Source of the DNA: Candidatus Woesearchaeota archaeon
GTDB lineage: Archaea; Nanobdellota; Nanobdellia; Woesearchaeales; UBA525
DNA: 64,000 nucleotides
Assembly: GCA_027371725.1 (NCBI GenBank)
Contig: DAHXMN010000001.1
Coordinates: forward strand, 400-64,399
Reading direction: 5' to 3'
Positions 36,073-46,852 of the stretch are shown piece after piece. The first letter of the stretch is position 1. Each line of letters starts with the position of its first letter. The notes beneath the pieces were generated by a model. That model made no database searches. It was not told where the DNA came from and was given only the letters and a program-made list of their open reading frames with translations. Both the position numbers and the translations under genes were made by a program.

Positions 36073-36489
36073 TCACCTCGCTGCCTTCTTCACGAGGGCC
36101 GCGATTCGCTTCTCGTCCGTCGGCGTCAGTTCCGTCAGCGCGTAGGCGGTCGGCCACATCCTGTCCTCGTCGAGATTCGCTTTGTCGCTGAAGCCGAGCG
36201 TCGCGTACCGTGCCTTGAACTTCGCCGCGTCCTGGAAGAAGCAGAGGATCTTGCCGTCCTTGGCGTACGCGGGCATGCCGTACCAGAGCCGCGGCGTCAG
36301 CGACGGCGCGCTCTTCATGACGAGGCTGTGGATCCGCTCGCCCAGGACGCGATCAGTCCCTTTCATCGCGGCGATCCTCGCGAGGACGGCTTGCTCTCCC
36401 TCCCCTGCTCCTTTCATCTCCTGGATGCGCTCCCGCATCGCGGCCCGTTCCTCGGCAGTGAATCCTCCGTTCCCGGTCGGTTTGGCCAT
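36073..36489 (-). CDS. DUF1801 (YdhG-like) protein
   Basis: [12 protein letters not shown] and [11 protein letters not shown] motifs. Confidence 0.88.
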   Translation of the reverse strand: MAKPTGNGGFTAEERAAMRERIQEMKGAGEGEQAVLARIAAMKGTDRVLGERIHSLVMKSAPSLTPRLWYGMPAYAKDGKILCFFQDAAKFKARYATLGFSDKANLDEDRMWPTAYALTELTPTDEKRIAALVKKAAR

Positions 36490-36674
36490 GTGGTTCGTCC
36501 CGCACCCGTGTTGTCCCTTCTTTTTATCATTCTTGTCCTTGTCCCTCAAACTTCCCTTGATGCGGGCTGCTTGCCGGCCGATCGCCAGGATTCATCGGTT
36601 CCGGAGACGTCTCGGCTGCCGCGGCCGGGCTATCCGCCCTTCCAGCATCATCCACCGCCCGGCGCTCCATGCGC

Positions 36675-39455
36675 TCACGCGGTCGCGGCGTCGTGGCTTG
36701 CGGCTGTCCGCGCGCGCCGCCGCTTCGCGGCCGTCACGCCTTCGTGGATGGCGAGGAAGAGCAGCGCCCCGCCGAACGCGCAGCCCCAGTCCTGGAGCCT
36801 GAGCGGCGCCATGTGCAGGAAGGCGTTGAAGAGCGGGACGTACACCAACGCCAGGACGAGGAGGAAGGAGATGGCGAAGCCCCAGAGGAGGCGTTTGTTG
36901 GACCAGAGGTACGGGCTGAAGACCGATTCGTCGTCGTCCACCCGCTTCGCGAGCAGGTTCGCGAACGAGATGAGGACGAGCGTCACGTAGGTGAGCGTGG
37001 TCGCTTCCGCGTAGAGGATGGTGTCGGTCTGGATGTGCAGGGGAGAGACCCCGTTCCGGGAGAAGATGAAGAGGAAGTTCACGAAGGCGATCAGCCCCAT
37101 GAGGAAGCCGGTCCAGACCATGTTCCTGAACGTGGGCCCGTTCAGGATGTGCTCGTCAGGGTCGCGCGGGCGCCGCGTCATGGTTTCCTTCTGCGAAGGG
37201 TCCCAGGTCAGGAACGTGACGGGGAGCAGCTGGCCGATGAGGTCGACGGAGAGGATCTGGAGCGTCAGCATGGCGAGAGGGATGCCGAAGAAGGCGCTCG
37301 CCGCGAGGCTCAGGAGGACGACGGTGAGCTCGCCGGTGTTCGTCGTCAGCGAGGAGCGGACCGTCTTCGTGATGTTCTGGAAGATGGTGCGTCCTTCGCG
37401 TATCGCCGTCACGAGCGTCCCGATGCTGTCGTCCTGGAGGACGATCTCCGACGACTCCTTCGCCACTTCCGTCCCGGTCCGGCCCATGGCGACGCCGATG
37501 TCCGCCTTCTTGAGGGCTGGCGCGTCGTTCACCCCGTCGCCCGTCACCGCCACCACCTTGTCCGACCGCTTGAGGAGGCTGACGATGCGCAGCTTGTCCT
37601 CGGGCGAGGTCCGGGCGAAGATGAGGCCGTCCTTCTCGAGCGTGTGGATGAGGCTGGCGTCCGACATCGCGCTCAGGTCAGCGCCGGTGATGACGGTGCA
37701 TCTCCCTTCCGCGTCTCCGACGCCTATCCGTTTCGCGATCGCCTCGGCGGTGGGGGCGAAATCGCCGGTGATGATGATGACGCGTATGTGCGCCCTTTCC
37801 GCGACCGCCAGGGCTTCCTTGACGTCTTCCCGCGGAGGGTCGAGCATGGCCGCCATCCCGAGGAAGACGAGGTCCCTCTCGGCGTCTCTCATGGATGTCG
37901 GCACCGCCTGCGAGTCGAGCTCGCGGTAGGCGAGCGCGATGTTGCGGTACGCCGAGGACGCGAACTCCTCTTCCTTCCCCTTGAGGAACGCCTTGTCCTC
38001 CTCGGTGAGGGGGCGGATGCGTGCGCCGTCCCAGATGCGGGAAGACTGCTCGAGGATGCTCTGCGGGGCCCCTTTCGCGTAGAGGATGAAGCGTCCGTCC
38101 CTGCGGCGGACGGAGGACATGCGCTTGCGCGTGGCGTCGAACGCGAACTCCTTTATTTCCGGGTAGCGCTTGTCCATGTCGCCGGGCTTCAGGCCGGCTT
38201 TCTCGCCCAGCGTTATGAGCGCGGCCTCGGTCGGGTCCCCGATCGAGTACCAGTCCGGGTGCTCCTCGTCCGGCGGAGAGACCCTCGCGTTCGACGCGAA
38301 CACCCCGGTCTCGAAGAAGATCCTGTACCGTTCCTTCTCCATGGGTTTCCCGGTTCTCGTCTCGATCTCGCCCTCGGGCCTGTACCCGATGCCCGTCACC
38401 TCGAACTCGTCCTCGCCGATGAGGATCCGCTGGACGGTCATCTCGTTCTTCGTCAGGGTCCCCGTCTTGTCGGTGCAGATGATGTGCGTCGAGCCGAGCG
38501 TCTCCACGGACGAGAGCCTCTTGACGATCGCCTTCTTCCTCGCCAGCCGCGACGCGGCTAGGGAGAGCGCGATGGATACCTCGGCGGGCAGCCCCTCGGG
38601 CACCATGCAGGCGGCCACGCTCACCGAGAAGAGGAACGCTCCCTGCAAGGTGAAATGGATGAGGAGGGCGATGCCGAAGAGCACCGAGGCGATGGCGAGC
38701 GTCACGATGGTCAGCCGCTTCGCGAGGTTGTTCATCTCCTTCTGCAGGGGGGAAAGCCCGTCGGAGGTGCTCTGGCTCAGGTGCGCGATGCGTCCGATCT
38801 CCGTCTGCATGCCTGTGTGGATGACGATGCCGACGGCGTTGCCCGTGGCGACGGTCGTCCCCATGAATGCGATGTTGTTCCGGTCGCCGAGGAGCACGTC
38901 CCCTCCGATCTCGTGGGTGAACTTCCGCGTCGGGTTGGATTCCCCGGTCAGGGCGAAATCGTTCGTCGAAAGCTCGTGCTCCTCGAAGAGACGCACATCC
39001 GCGGGGACCGCGTCGCCCTCTTCCAGCTTGACGATGTCGCCCGGGACGAGGTCCTCGCTGTGGATCTCCTTGACCTGCCGGTCCCTGATGACTTTCGCCT
39101 CCTCGGTGATCATCATCTTCAGGGAGTTGATGAGCCGTTCCGCCTTGTACTCCTGGAAGAAACCGATGATCGCGTTGAGCGCGACGATGAGGAACATGAC
39201 CGTGGCGCTCCGGTAGTCGTCCATGTAGATGGCGAGGGCGCCCGCCACGAGGAGGACGATGACGAGGAGGTCCTTGAACTGACGCAACACCCTGAGAACG
39301 ACCGATTCCCCCTTCACCGGGGAGAGCCGGTTCTTGCCGTAGAGATCCAGCCGACTGCTCGCTTCCTTCTCTGAGAGCCCTTCCTGGCGTGATCGCAAGA
39401 CGTCGAACGCCCTGTCAGCAGGGTACTGGTAATACGGGATGGTGGGGTCGTCCAT
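36675..39455 (-). CDS. P-type cation ATPase (Ca2+/PacL-like, type IIA)
   Basis: TGES, VPEGLP, DKTGT, KGAP, TGD and GDGVNDAPAL motifs. Confidence 0.97.
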   Translation of the reverse strand: MDDPTIPYYQYPADRAFDVLRSRQEGLSEKEASSRLDLYGKNRLSPVKGESVVLRVLRQFKDLLVIVLLVAGALAIYMDDYRSATVMFLIVALNAIIGFFQEYKAERLINSLKMMITEEAKVIRDRQVKEIHSEDLVPGDIVKLEEGDAVPADVRLFEEHELSTNDFALTGESNPTRKFTHEIGGDVLLGDRNNIAFMGTTVATGNAVGIVIHTGMQTEIGRIAHLSQSTSDGLSPLQKEMNNLAKRLTIVTLAIASVLFGIALLIHFTLQGAFLFSVSVAACMVPEGLPAEVSIALSLAASRLARKKAIVKRLSSVETLGSTHIICTDKTGTLTKNEMTVQRILIGEDEFEVTGIGYRPEGEIETRTGKPMEKERYRIFFETGVFASNARVSPPDEEHPDWYSIGDPTEAALITLGEKAGLKPGDMDKRYPEIKEFAFDATRKRMSSVRRRDGRFILYAKGAPQSILEQSSRIWDGARIRPLTEEDKAFLKGKEEEFASSAYRNIALAYRELDSQAVPTSMRDAERDLVFLGMAAMLDPPREDVKEALAVAERAHIRVIIITGDFAPTAEAIAKRIGVGDAEGRCTVITGADLSAMSDASLIHTLEKDGLIFARTSPEDKLRIVSLLKRSDKVVAVTGDGVNDAPALKKADIGVAMGRTGTEVAKESSEIVLQDDSIGTLVTAIREGRTIFQNITKTVRSSLTTNTGELTVVLLSLAASAFFGIPLAMLTLQILSVDLIGQLLPVTFLTWDPSQKETMTRRPRDPDEHILNGPTFRNMVWTGFLMGLIAFVNFLFIFSRNGVSPLHIQTDTILYAEATTLTYVTLVLISFANLLAKRVDDDESVFSPYLWSNKRLLWGFAISFLLVLALVYVPLFNAFLHMAPLRLQDWGCAFGGALLFLAIHEGVTAAKRRRARTAASHDAATA

Positions 39456-39747
39456 GACTCGTCATCCTCAGGCGCGGATGCATGCGCAGGCCGTCATGAC
39501 CCATCGGTTCGGCCAGAGGGTATTTAAATGGTTCTATTCCTGTCCTTACTGGCTGCACGCCTCGCGGATAGTGACGCCGTCTCTTCTTCGTCGTCGAGGA
39601 TTCGTCGACGGATCATCACTCTTGCGGCGCAAGGCGATGTTCATGGCCGAGGCAATCTCATGCGATCGTATTCTTGGCCGGAGGTCTCTCGCCGCCATCC
39701 TCCTCCCCGCCAGAAGAACCGCTGTTGACCGGCGGAAGGGTCCATCC

Positions 39748-40209
39748 TCACTCTACGGTCGCCCTCCTGATGGTTATTCTCGTCAACGGCCGGTCGTTCC
39801 GGTCGCGGGGCGAGGTGGCGATCGCGTCGACGATGTCCATACCGCTGACGACCTTGCCGAAGGTCGGGTGCTTCGTGTCGAGGAAATTGTTGTCCGCGAC
39901 GTTGATGAAGAACTGGCTGCCGCCCGTGTCCGGGCCGGCGTTCGCCATGCTGATCGTGCCGCGTTCGTTCCGGTTCCGGCGGCGGAACTCGTCCTTGATC
40001 GCGTAGCCCGGGCCGCCCGTGCCGTTGCCGCGCGGGTCGCCGCCCTGGATCATGAACCCGGGGATGACGCGATGGAAGACGGTGCCGTCGTAGAACCCTT
40101 TCTCGACGAGCGAGCGGAAGTTGTCCGCGGTGACAGGCGTGTCGGCGAAGAGCTCGATGGCGATGTCGCCTTTCGTGGTCTCCAGATGCACGGTCGCCAT
40201 GGCGTTCAC
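39748..40209 (-). CDS. Cyclophilin-type peptidyl-prolyl isomerase
   Basis: FHRVIPGFMIQGGD, SMANAG and GSQFFI. Confidence 0.96.
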   Translation of the reverse strand: MNAMATVHLETTKGDIAIELFADTPVTADNFRSLVEKGFYDGTVFHRVIPGFMIQGGDPRGNGTGGPGYAIKDEFRRRNRNERGTISMANAGPDTGGSQFFINVADNNFLDTKHPTFGKVVSGMDIVDAIATSPRDRNDRPLTRITIRRATVE

Positions 40210-40367
40210 ATCTGTCCGGTCTCGATGAACTTCTTCATGAGACGCTCGACGACGACCTGCGGCGCGTACGTGTGCTGGCTGCAGATGCGGACGAACTGGT
40301 CGTACGTCTGCTTGTCGATGCTGTAGTCGATCCTCACTTTCTGCGGTCCTTTCGGGGTCGATGCCAT
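40206..40367 (-). CDS. Small RHH-like protein
   Basis: VRIDYSIDKQTYDQF...VVERLMKKF; GAGGTGA SD; coupled to the PPIase gene. Confidence 0.7.
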   Translation of the reverse strand: MASTPKGPQKVRIDYSIDKQTYDQFVRICSQHTYAPQVVVERLMKKFIETGQM

Positions 40368-40484
40368 GCGATCACCTCGATCCGTCGCGAACACCCCGCG
40401 GTTTAAAAGTCCTTCTACGGGCCTGGGAGATAACGTTTATAAACGGTCGTCCGTCTCTCGCCCCGCTCACAAGGAGGGTCGCCG

Positions 40485-41963
40485 ATGCTGAAGAACATCC
40501 ACGACAGGATCCATTCCACGTTCGACTACAAGTGGATCGTCCTCACCGTCACGACCATCGGCACGCTCATGGCGGCGATCGACAGCACGATCGTCATCCT
40601 CGGCCTGCCGGACATGATGGCGAGCCTGCACGCAGACCTCATCCAGATGGTCTGGGTCATCATGGGGTACTTCCTCGTGAGCACGGTCTTCCTCCTCATT
40701 CTCGGCCGGGTCGCGGACCTCTTCGGACGCGTACGCCTCTACAATCTCGGCTTCGTCGTCTTCACGTTCGGCTCGGCCCTGTGCGGCTTCGCCGGCAACG
40801 CGCCGCTCCTCATCGCGTTCCGGCTGCTCCAGGGCGTCGGCGCCGCCATGATGGTGGTGAACAGCGTCGCGATCATCACCGAGGCGTTCCCGCCGAACGA
40901 GCGCGGCACCGCCCTCGGCATCAACGCGATCACTTTCGCCGCGGGCGGCGTCCTCGGCCCGGTCCTCGGCGGTTTCATCCTCACCGTGAGCGACTGGCAC
41001 TGGCTCTTCTTCATCAACATCCCGATCGGCCTGGTCGGCACGGTCTGGGGTTACATCATCCTCAAGGAGCTCGCCATCAAGAAACGCGAGACCATGGACT
41101 TCGCGGGCGCGCTCTTCTTCAGCATCGGCCTCGTCTCCCTCCTCCTGGCCCTCACCCTCGGCATCGATCTGACTTTCACCTCCCCGCCCATCATCGCCCT
41201 CTTCGCCCTCTTCTTCATCTTCCTCGCGATCTTCATCTGGTGGGAGCGGCACCACGCCTATCCCCTGCTCGACTTCTCCCTCTTCCGGCACCGGGTCTAC
41301 ACGTTCTCAGTCCTCTCCGCGATGGCGCAGTCCCTCGCGCTCTATGCGGTGAACTTCCTCATCGTCTTCTACCTCATGGGCGTCCGGGGCTATGACGCCC
41401 TGACCGCGGCGTTCCTCCTCATCCCCTTGCCGCTGATGATTTCGGTCATGGCGCCTATCGCGGGCCGCATTTCCGACCGTATCGGCGCGCGGATCCCCGC
41501 GACCGTCGGCCTGGTCATCCAGGCGGTGGCGCTCGCCCTCCTCGCCTTCCTCACCACAGCGACGCCGTACTGGCAGATCGCGGTGGCGCTCGGCCTCCTT
41601 GGCCTGGGCGGCGGCCTCTTCTTCCCGCCGAACACGAGCGCGGCGATGAACTCGTCGCCGAAGGAGCGGCTCGGCGTCGCTTCCGGCACCTTGGCGACGC
41701 TGCGTCAGGTCGGTATCGTGACGAGCTTCGCGCTCTCCCTCGCCGTCGCGGCGGAGAGCCTGCCGCACGACGTGATGATGCGGCTCTTCGTCGGCACGAA
41801 CGTGCAGCTCGGCTCGGCGATCGCCTCCGAGTTCGTCATCGGCATGCGGAGCGCGTTCTATGTCTCCGTCGTCCTGTGCCTCGTCGCGGCCGTCCTCTCC
41901 ATGATGCGGGGGGAGGAGGACCGGGGACGTCATGCGGTGCCGGTTCAGGACCGTCAACAGTAA
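40485..41963 (+). CDS. MFS transporter, DHA2 (14 TM)
   Basis: IDSTIV, GRVADLFGR, FRLLQGVG and WLFFINIPIG. Confidence 0.95.
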   Translation: MLKNIHDRIHSTFDYKWIVLTVTTIGTLMAAIDSTIVILGLPDMMASLHADLIQMVWVIMGYFLVSTVFLLILGRVADLFGRVRLYNLGFVVFTFGSALCGFAGNAPLLIAFRLLQGVGAAMMVVNSVAIITEAFPPNERGTALGINAITFAAGGVLGPVLGGFILTVSDWHWLFFINIPIGLVGTVWGYIILKELAIKKRETMDFAGALFFSIGLVSLLLALTLGIDLTFTSPPIIALFALFFIFLAIFIWWERHHAYPLLDFSLFRHRVYTFSVLSAMAQSLALYAVNFLIVFYLMGVRGYDALTAAFLLIPLPLMISVMAPIAGRISDRIGARIPATVGLVIQAVALALLAFLTTATPYWQIAVALGLLGLGGGLFFPPNTSAAMNSSPKERLGVASGTLATLRQVGIVTSFALSLAVAAESLPHDVMMRLFVGTNVQLGSAIASEFVIGMRSAFYVSVVLCLVAAVLSMMRGEEDRGRHAVPVQDRQQ

Positions 41964-42090
41964 TCACTGCGGTTCCGTCCGCATCCGTTCTGATTACCTG
42001 TCTGCCCTGTTGGGTCTGCCCTGTTGGCGCGGGGCGCAGGTGCGTGACGCCCGACGAGAAGGGTTGTGGCGCCGGGACCAGGGGCATGAT

Positions 42091-42774
42091 TCAGTATGCC
42101 ACTCCGTGCCGCTCCTTGTACCAGAGGAGGACGATCAGCTCGATCGCGAGGAGGAGCGCGAACTCGCAGAGGACGCTCGGGAACTGCGTCTTGAACGCGG
42201 GGAGGAAGATGAGGAAGATGAACGTGGGGATGGTGAAGATGCCCATGCCGAGCATGCCCAGGTTGAGGATAATCTTCTCCTCCTTCCGTTTCGCCTGCTG
42301 TGAGAACAGGTAGAAGAGGATCGCGGCGCCAGCGATGTAGACGAGGTAGTACAGGCCGTAGAAGTCGCCCAGCAGCCCGGTGCCGGGGTACTCGATGAAG
42401 ACTGTCCGGCAGACCGCGGAATCGGCGTACGGCCGTATCACCGAGAACATCACGATGAAGAACGCCGCCGGAACATAGATGAGGAGGTGCCAGTAATACC
42501 CGATCCGCTTACGGGCCATGATGAGCGCGAGGCTGATCCCGATCGCGGGCAGGATCGCCGTGGTGATCATCGCCAGGCGCGTGAAGACGCCCTGCTGCGT
42601 CGTGCAGATGAGGAACTCGTTCAGCTGGTAGACGCCGAGGAGGAGGGTGAGGAGCGCGACGACCTGGTGGAGCCGGTCCTTCGGCTTCGTCAGCAGGAAA
42701 TAGAATGCGAGCAGGAACTCGATGGTGAACGTGCTGATCGAGACGTACGGCGCGAAGCACATGGCTGTCGGCAC
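42091..42774 (-). CDS. Multi-TM membrane protein, hypothetical
   Basis: MCFAPYVS..., QLNEFLIC, PSVLCEFA; about 7 TM helices. Confidence 0.75.
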   Translation of the reverse strand: MPTAMCFAPYVSISTFTIEFLLAFYFLLTKPKDRLHQVVALLTLLLGVYQLNEFLICTTQQGVFTRLAMITTAILPAIGISLALIMARKRIGYYWHLLIYVPAAFFIVMFSVIRPYADSAVCRTVFIEYPGTGLLGDFYGLYYLVYIAGAAILFYLFSQQAKRKEEKIILNLGMLGMGIFTIPTFIFLIFLPAFKTQFPSVLCEFALLLAIELIVLLWYKERHGVAY

Positions 42775-42871
42775 TCTTCGTCGATTTTTAAATCTTTATG
42801 CGTCGAACAGGCCGAATCTTTCACATCTTTTTTAAACGTGTCCTCGTTCTCTGTCGAGAGAGGTGGTCTCC

Positions 42872-43882
42872 ATGGAGTATGTCAATCTCGGCAGCAGCGG
42901 CGTGAAGGTCTCGAAGTTCTGTTTCGGCACGATGACGTTCGGCTCCGGCTTCCGCGGCGTCGGCGCGGTCTCGCAGCAGGACGCGAACGCGATGGTGAAG
43001 TACGCGCTCGATCACGGCGTCAACTTCTTCGACACCGCGGATGTCTACTCGCGCGGCGAGTCAGAGCAGGTCTTGGGCAAGGCCTTGAAAGCGGCGGGCG
43101 TCCCGCGCGACCAGGTCATCATCGCGACGAAGGTGCGCGGCCGGATGGGCGACGACGTCAACGACGTCGGCCTCTCGCGGAAGCACATCCTCGACTCTGC
43201 GGAGAAGAGCCTGAAACGACTGCAGGTCGAGTACATCGACCTCTACCAGGTGCATGGCTGGGACCCCTCCACCCCGCTGAAGGAGACGATGGAGGCCTTG
43301 AACGACCTCGTCCGATGGGGAAAGGTCCGGTACCTCGGCGCGTCGAATCTCGCGGCCTGGCAGCTCGCCAAGGCGAACGCGATCGCGCGGAAGCACGGCT
43401 GGGCCCGCTTCGTCACGTACCAAGGGTATTACAGCCTCGTCGGCCGCGACATCGAGCACGAGGTCGTGCCGCTCTGCCTCGACCAGGGGATGGGCGTCCT
43501 GACGTGGAGCCCGCTCGCAGGGGGCCTCCTCACCGGGAAGTACCGGAAAGGGGCGCCGAAAGGGACGCGGCTCAGCGGCGAGCTCAAGGGCTTCATCCCA
43601 GCCGACGAGCGGCTCCTCGGCAAGGTCCTCGACGCGCTCGATACCGTCAGCAAGGCGCACAAGACGACGCTCGCGACGGCGGCGCTCGCCTGGCTCGCGC
43701 AACGGCCCGGCGTGACGTCAGTCATCATCGGCGCGCGCACCGAGGAGCAGCTCGAGCAGAATCTCGCTGCCAGCGAACTGGAGATGAACGCGAAAGAACT
43801 GGCTGCGCTGGATGCGGCGAGCGCGACACCCTTGCCGTACCCGCAATGGATGATCGAGCGGCAGAAGGCCTACCACAAGTAG
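42872..43882 (+). CDS. Aldo/keto reductase
   Basis: DTADVY, IDLYQVH and WSPLAGG. Confidence 0.96.
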   Translation: MEYVNLGSSGVKVSKFCFGTMTFGSGFRGVGAVSQQDANAMVKYALDHGVNFFDTADVYSRGESEQVLGKALKAAGVPRDQVIIATKVRGRMGDDVNDVGLSRKHILDSAEKSLKRLQVEYIDLYQVHGWDPSTPLKETMEALNDLVRWGKVRYLGASNLAAWQLAKANAIARKHGWARFVTYQGYYSLVGRDIEHEVVPLCLDQGMGVLTWSPLAGGLLTGKYRKGAPKGTRLSGELKGFIPADERLLGKVLDALDTVSKAHKTTLATAALAWLAQRPGVTSVIIGARTEEQLEQNLAASELEMNAKELAALDAASATPLPYPQWMIERQKAYHK

Positions 43883-43947
43883 ATCGCGGAGGTCTGAACG
43901 GGGCCATGAATAGAATCTTTAAATAGCGACGACGCTTCTCGGGCCTG

Positions 43948-44817
43948 ATGAAGGATGCCCTTTCCGTCCTCGTAGCTTTCGCGTTCCTCTCGGCGTTCTC
44001 CCTCGCGCTCTTTCCCTCCGCGCACGCGGTCGTGGAGCGTCAATCGGTGGACGTGGTGCTGCACAGCAACGGCGTCGCGGAAGAGCGGATCACCCTCGCC
44101 ATCCGCTCGGACGCCGCGTACGGCGCCATCGACTACCGCGTCGACCGGCAGCCGCTCGCCGTCCTCTCCGATAAGGGCTACAGCGAAGAGACGCTCACGG
44201 ACGGCGTCCTCATCACGCTCAACCAGAGCCTCGTCCCCGGTGAGAACAACGTCTCCTTCACGCTCCTCTTCGACGGCCTCGTCACGCAGCAGGGCTCCTC
44301 GCGCGCCTTCGCCCTCCGTCTCCGGCCCGTCGACAACGCGACGCTCGACGTGAACGTCACGCTGCCTGAGGGCTTCGTCCTCGCGCGCACCGACGCGGCG
44401 GTGAGCCCGACGCCCGACGCTATCGTCACCGACGGCCGCGCCATCACGCTCCGTTGGCACGAGGAGGGCGTGAGCGAACTCCCGATCATCGTCCTCTACG
44501 ACGGCCCCTCGTTCCCGTGGCTGGCCGTCGCGATCGGTGTCCTCCTCTTCGTGGCCCTCGCCGTCCTCGGCGTCGTCTGGCGGCGGCGCCACGCTGTCGA
44601 GAAGAAGGCCCTGCTCGGCGCCCTCGGCGAGGACGAGACGCTCATCGTCTCGCTCGTCAAGCGCGGTATCGATCGGCAGAAGGCGCTCTGCGCCGAGACC
44701 GGCTTCTCGAAGTCGAAGATGAGCAAGGTGGTGCGGAAGCTGGAAGAGAAAGGGGTCGTGCGGAAGGAGCCGTTCTACAAGACGAACCGGCTCAAGCTCC
44801 TGCCTGGCTGGGAATGA
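43948..44817 (+). CDS. Membrane-anchored protein with a C-terminal winged HTH (COG2512-like)
   Basis: Signal peptide, extracellular domain, TM helix, QKAL...SKSKMSKVV..LEEKG. Confidence 0.85.
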   Translation: MKDALSVLVAFAFLSAFSLALFPSAHAVVERQSVDVVLHSNGVAEERITLAIRSDAAYGAIDYRVDRQPLAVLSDKGYSEETLTDGVLITLNQSLVPGENNVSFTLLFDGLVTQQGSSRAFALRLRPVDNATLDVNVTLPEGFVLARTDAAVSPTPDAIVTDGRAITLRWHEEGVSELPIIVLYDGPSFPWLAVAIGVLLFVALAVLGVVWRRRHAVEKKALLGALGEDETLIVSLVKRGIDRQKALCAETGFSKSKMSKVVRKLEEKGVVRKEPFYKTNRLKLLPGWE

Positions 44818-44822
44818 GTGAT

Positions 44823-46328
44823 TCAGCCACCGCCATGGCCGTTGCTCTTGCCGTTGCCCTCGTTGTCATTGCCTCCGCCATTGTTGCCCCGGGCAACCTC
44901 CTGTGCGCCCTGCTGTCCGCCGACGTCATAATGCCTCGCCAGCCCTGGCGGCGTGCCGCCGTTCCCGCGGCCGGAAGCGGAGGCCGCGTTCCCCTGACCG
45001 TCCTCCTTCTTCATCAGGCCGGGAGCGGCCGACGGGCCGTGGGCCGTGCGTTCCTGCGCGCGCGCCTGGAGGCCGTGCTTGAGCTTCGCGCTCACCGAGG
45101 GCGAGATGTCGTTCTGGGTGAGGAGCTGCGCCTCCTGGTCGTCGGTGAGGTTGTACTGCTCGGCGAGCTGGTCCTTGGGCGTCGCGAAGCGGAACCCGAA
45201 GAACCCGAGGATACGCTGGAAGATGCCGGGCGGCGCGCTCTGCGTCGCGATGATGGCGTCGATCGACTCGTTCCCGAGCTTCCCCGTCTTGATCAGCCTG
45301 TTCAGGATGCCGGGGTTCAGGCGATTCGCGCGGATGATCGCTGCGAGCTCGTCGTCGGTGATGTTGCCTGATGCGACGAGCTGCGGCAGGTGCTCGAAGC
45401 CGAGGCTGAAGCGCGGCTGGCCGCTCTCGTTCCCGGTCTCGTTGGTCTCGTTCTCCGTCCCGTTCTCCTGGTTCGTGGCGTTCACGACGCTGAAGACGAC
45501 GGTGGCGTTCACCGACTGGTTCTGCGCGGCCGCGAACACCGCCAGCGTGTGGTCGCCCTCCCCGAGAGCCTGGCTCGTTGCGTAGCCGGTGCAATTGGTG
45601 CATGCCTGCACGGTCGTGTTGTCGAGCGTGTAACTGATCGTGGCGGGCAGGTTGGTCAGGAAGCTGAGCTGGACCGGGCTCATGTACGCCTGCGCCAATG
45701 GACTGGCGACGGCGAGCGTCAGCGCTGCCGGCTGGGCCGGCTGCTGCACGGTGAAGTCCGCTGCCGCGCTCTCGGTCTCGTTGCCGAACGTCCCTCTCGC
45801 AGTGAAGGTGTGGTTGCCGTCGCTCTCGTTGAGCATCGTGGCGAAGCCGCTGCAGTTGGTGCACGCCTGCTGGAACGAGCCGTTGTCCACCTGGTACTCC
45901 AGCGCGTCCACGGTCGTGGTCATGGTGATGTTGAGGGGGACGTCGCTCGTGTTGAAGGACTGGCCGTCCGTCGGCTCGACGATGGAGATGTTGAACGCGG
46001 GCAGCGGCGGGAGCACCTCGAAGGAGACGTTCTCCTGCTCGGTCTCGTTCCCGAGCGTCGCCTGCGCGCTGAGGGTGTAGTTCCCCGCGTCGAGCTGCTC
46101 GCTCGCCGTCAAGGCGGTGCAGTTCGTGCACGTCTCGGACGCGTTCCCGGGCATGATCGTATAGGAGAGCGTGTCCTGGGTCGCGTTCGCGCTGATGTTG
46201 ACTGTGACCGGCGACTCGTACTGTCCGGGCGCCGGGCTCACGATCGTGAGCGCCGACACCGCAGTCGCGAGCGCCGCAAGCCCGAAGAGGAGGGCAAGCA
46301 CTGTTCCGATCCTGGTTGCGGTTACCAT
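44823..46328 (-). CDS. Secreted surface protein with three Ig-like repeats
   Basis: Signal peptide; three repeats each containing CTNC and G.HT/GNYT; PPGLA/Gly-Asn tail. Confidence 0.8.
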   Translation of the reverse strand: MVTATRIGTVLALLFGLAALATAVSALTIVSPAPGQYESPVTVNISANATQDTLSYTIMPGNASETCTNCTALTASEQLDAGNYTLSAQATLGNETEQENVSFEVLPPLPAFNISIVEPTDGQSFNTSDVPLNITMTTTVDALEYQVDNGSFQQACTNCSGFATMLNESDGNHTFTARGTFGNETESAAADFTVQQPAQPAALTLAVASPLAQAYMSPVQLSFLTNLPATISYTLDNTTVQACTNCTGYATSQALGEGDHTLAVFAAAQNQSVNATVVFSVVNATNQENGTENETNETGNESGQPRFSLGFEHLPQLVASGNITDDELAAIIRANRLNPGILNRLIKTGKLGNESIDAIIATQSAPPGIFQRILGFFGFRFATPKDQLAEQYNLTDDQEAQLLTQNDISPSVSAKLKHGLQARAQERTAHGPSAAPGLMKKEDGQGNAASASGRGNGGTPPGLARHYDVGGQQGAQEVARGNNGGGNDNEGNGKSNGHGGG

Positions 46329-46465
46329 GCCCCCGGATAAGACGTTGAGATATAAAAGAAATTCCGGGAAACCGAGTGGAAACCGTCAGATTCATATGAT
46401 GTCATGAGAGCTCCTTCCCGTTTCCGGACCACTGGAGGCGCGGCGCGGTCCGCGGAACGGGATGT

Positions 46466-46852
46466 CTAGCGGGACGGTGCGTTGTCGGCACGGAGCGCCT
46501 CGAGATAAAGCCCGTAACGCGCAGGCTGCCAGAGCTCGTAATGGTCCTCCAGTCGGACGAGGCACGCCTCTTCCTTGATGCCTGCACGCGCCGCCTGCTT
46601 TTCCGGGAGGCTGAGCAGGATGCCCTTGTTTATCGGCACCCCGATTGCGCTCCCGCATACAGTCCCCCTCGGCGCCTTCCCTCTCGCGTAGAGCTCGATG
46701 TGGAGGAAGAGCTGTCGCGGGAAGGTGACGAGGTCGTCGCAGCAGAGCGCAGCATCTACCTGTCCTTCGAGCGTTCCGCTCGGCACCAGGACGCCGTGCG
46801 AGGTGATCTTGCAGACGGTCTCTTTTCGCGGTCCTGTTCGCATCTTCGGCAC
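46466..46852 (-). CDS. Divergent MraZ/AbrB-like protein
   Basis: C-terminal ILLSLPEKQAARAGIKEEACLVRLEDHYELW resembles MraZ repeat 2. Confidence 0.5.
   Translation of the reverse strand: MPKMRTGPRKETVCKITSHGVLVPSGTLEGQVDAALCCDDLVTFPRQLFLHIELYARGKAPRGTVCGSAIGVPINKGILLSLPEKQAARAGIKEEACLVRLEDHYELWQPARYGLYLEALRADNAPSR

Noticed and set aside
42000..42027. Tandem GTCTGCCCTGTTGG x2 as a CRISPR or iteron remnant
   Set aside because: Only two adjacent copies, no spacers and no cas genes. No CRISPR array was seen anywhere in the window.
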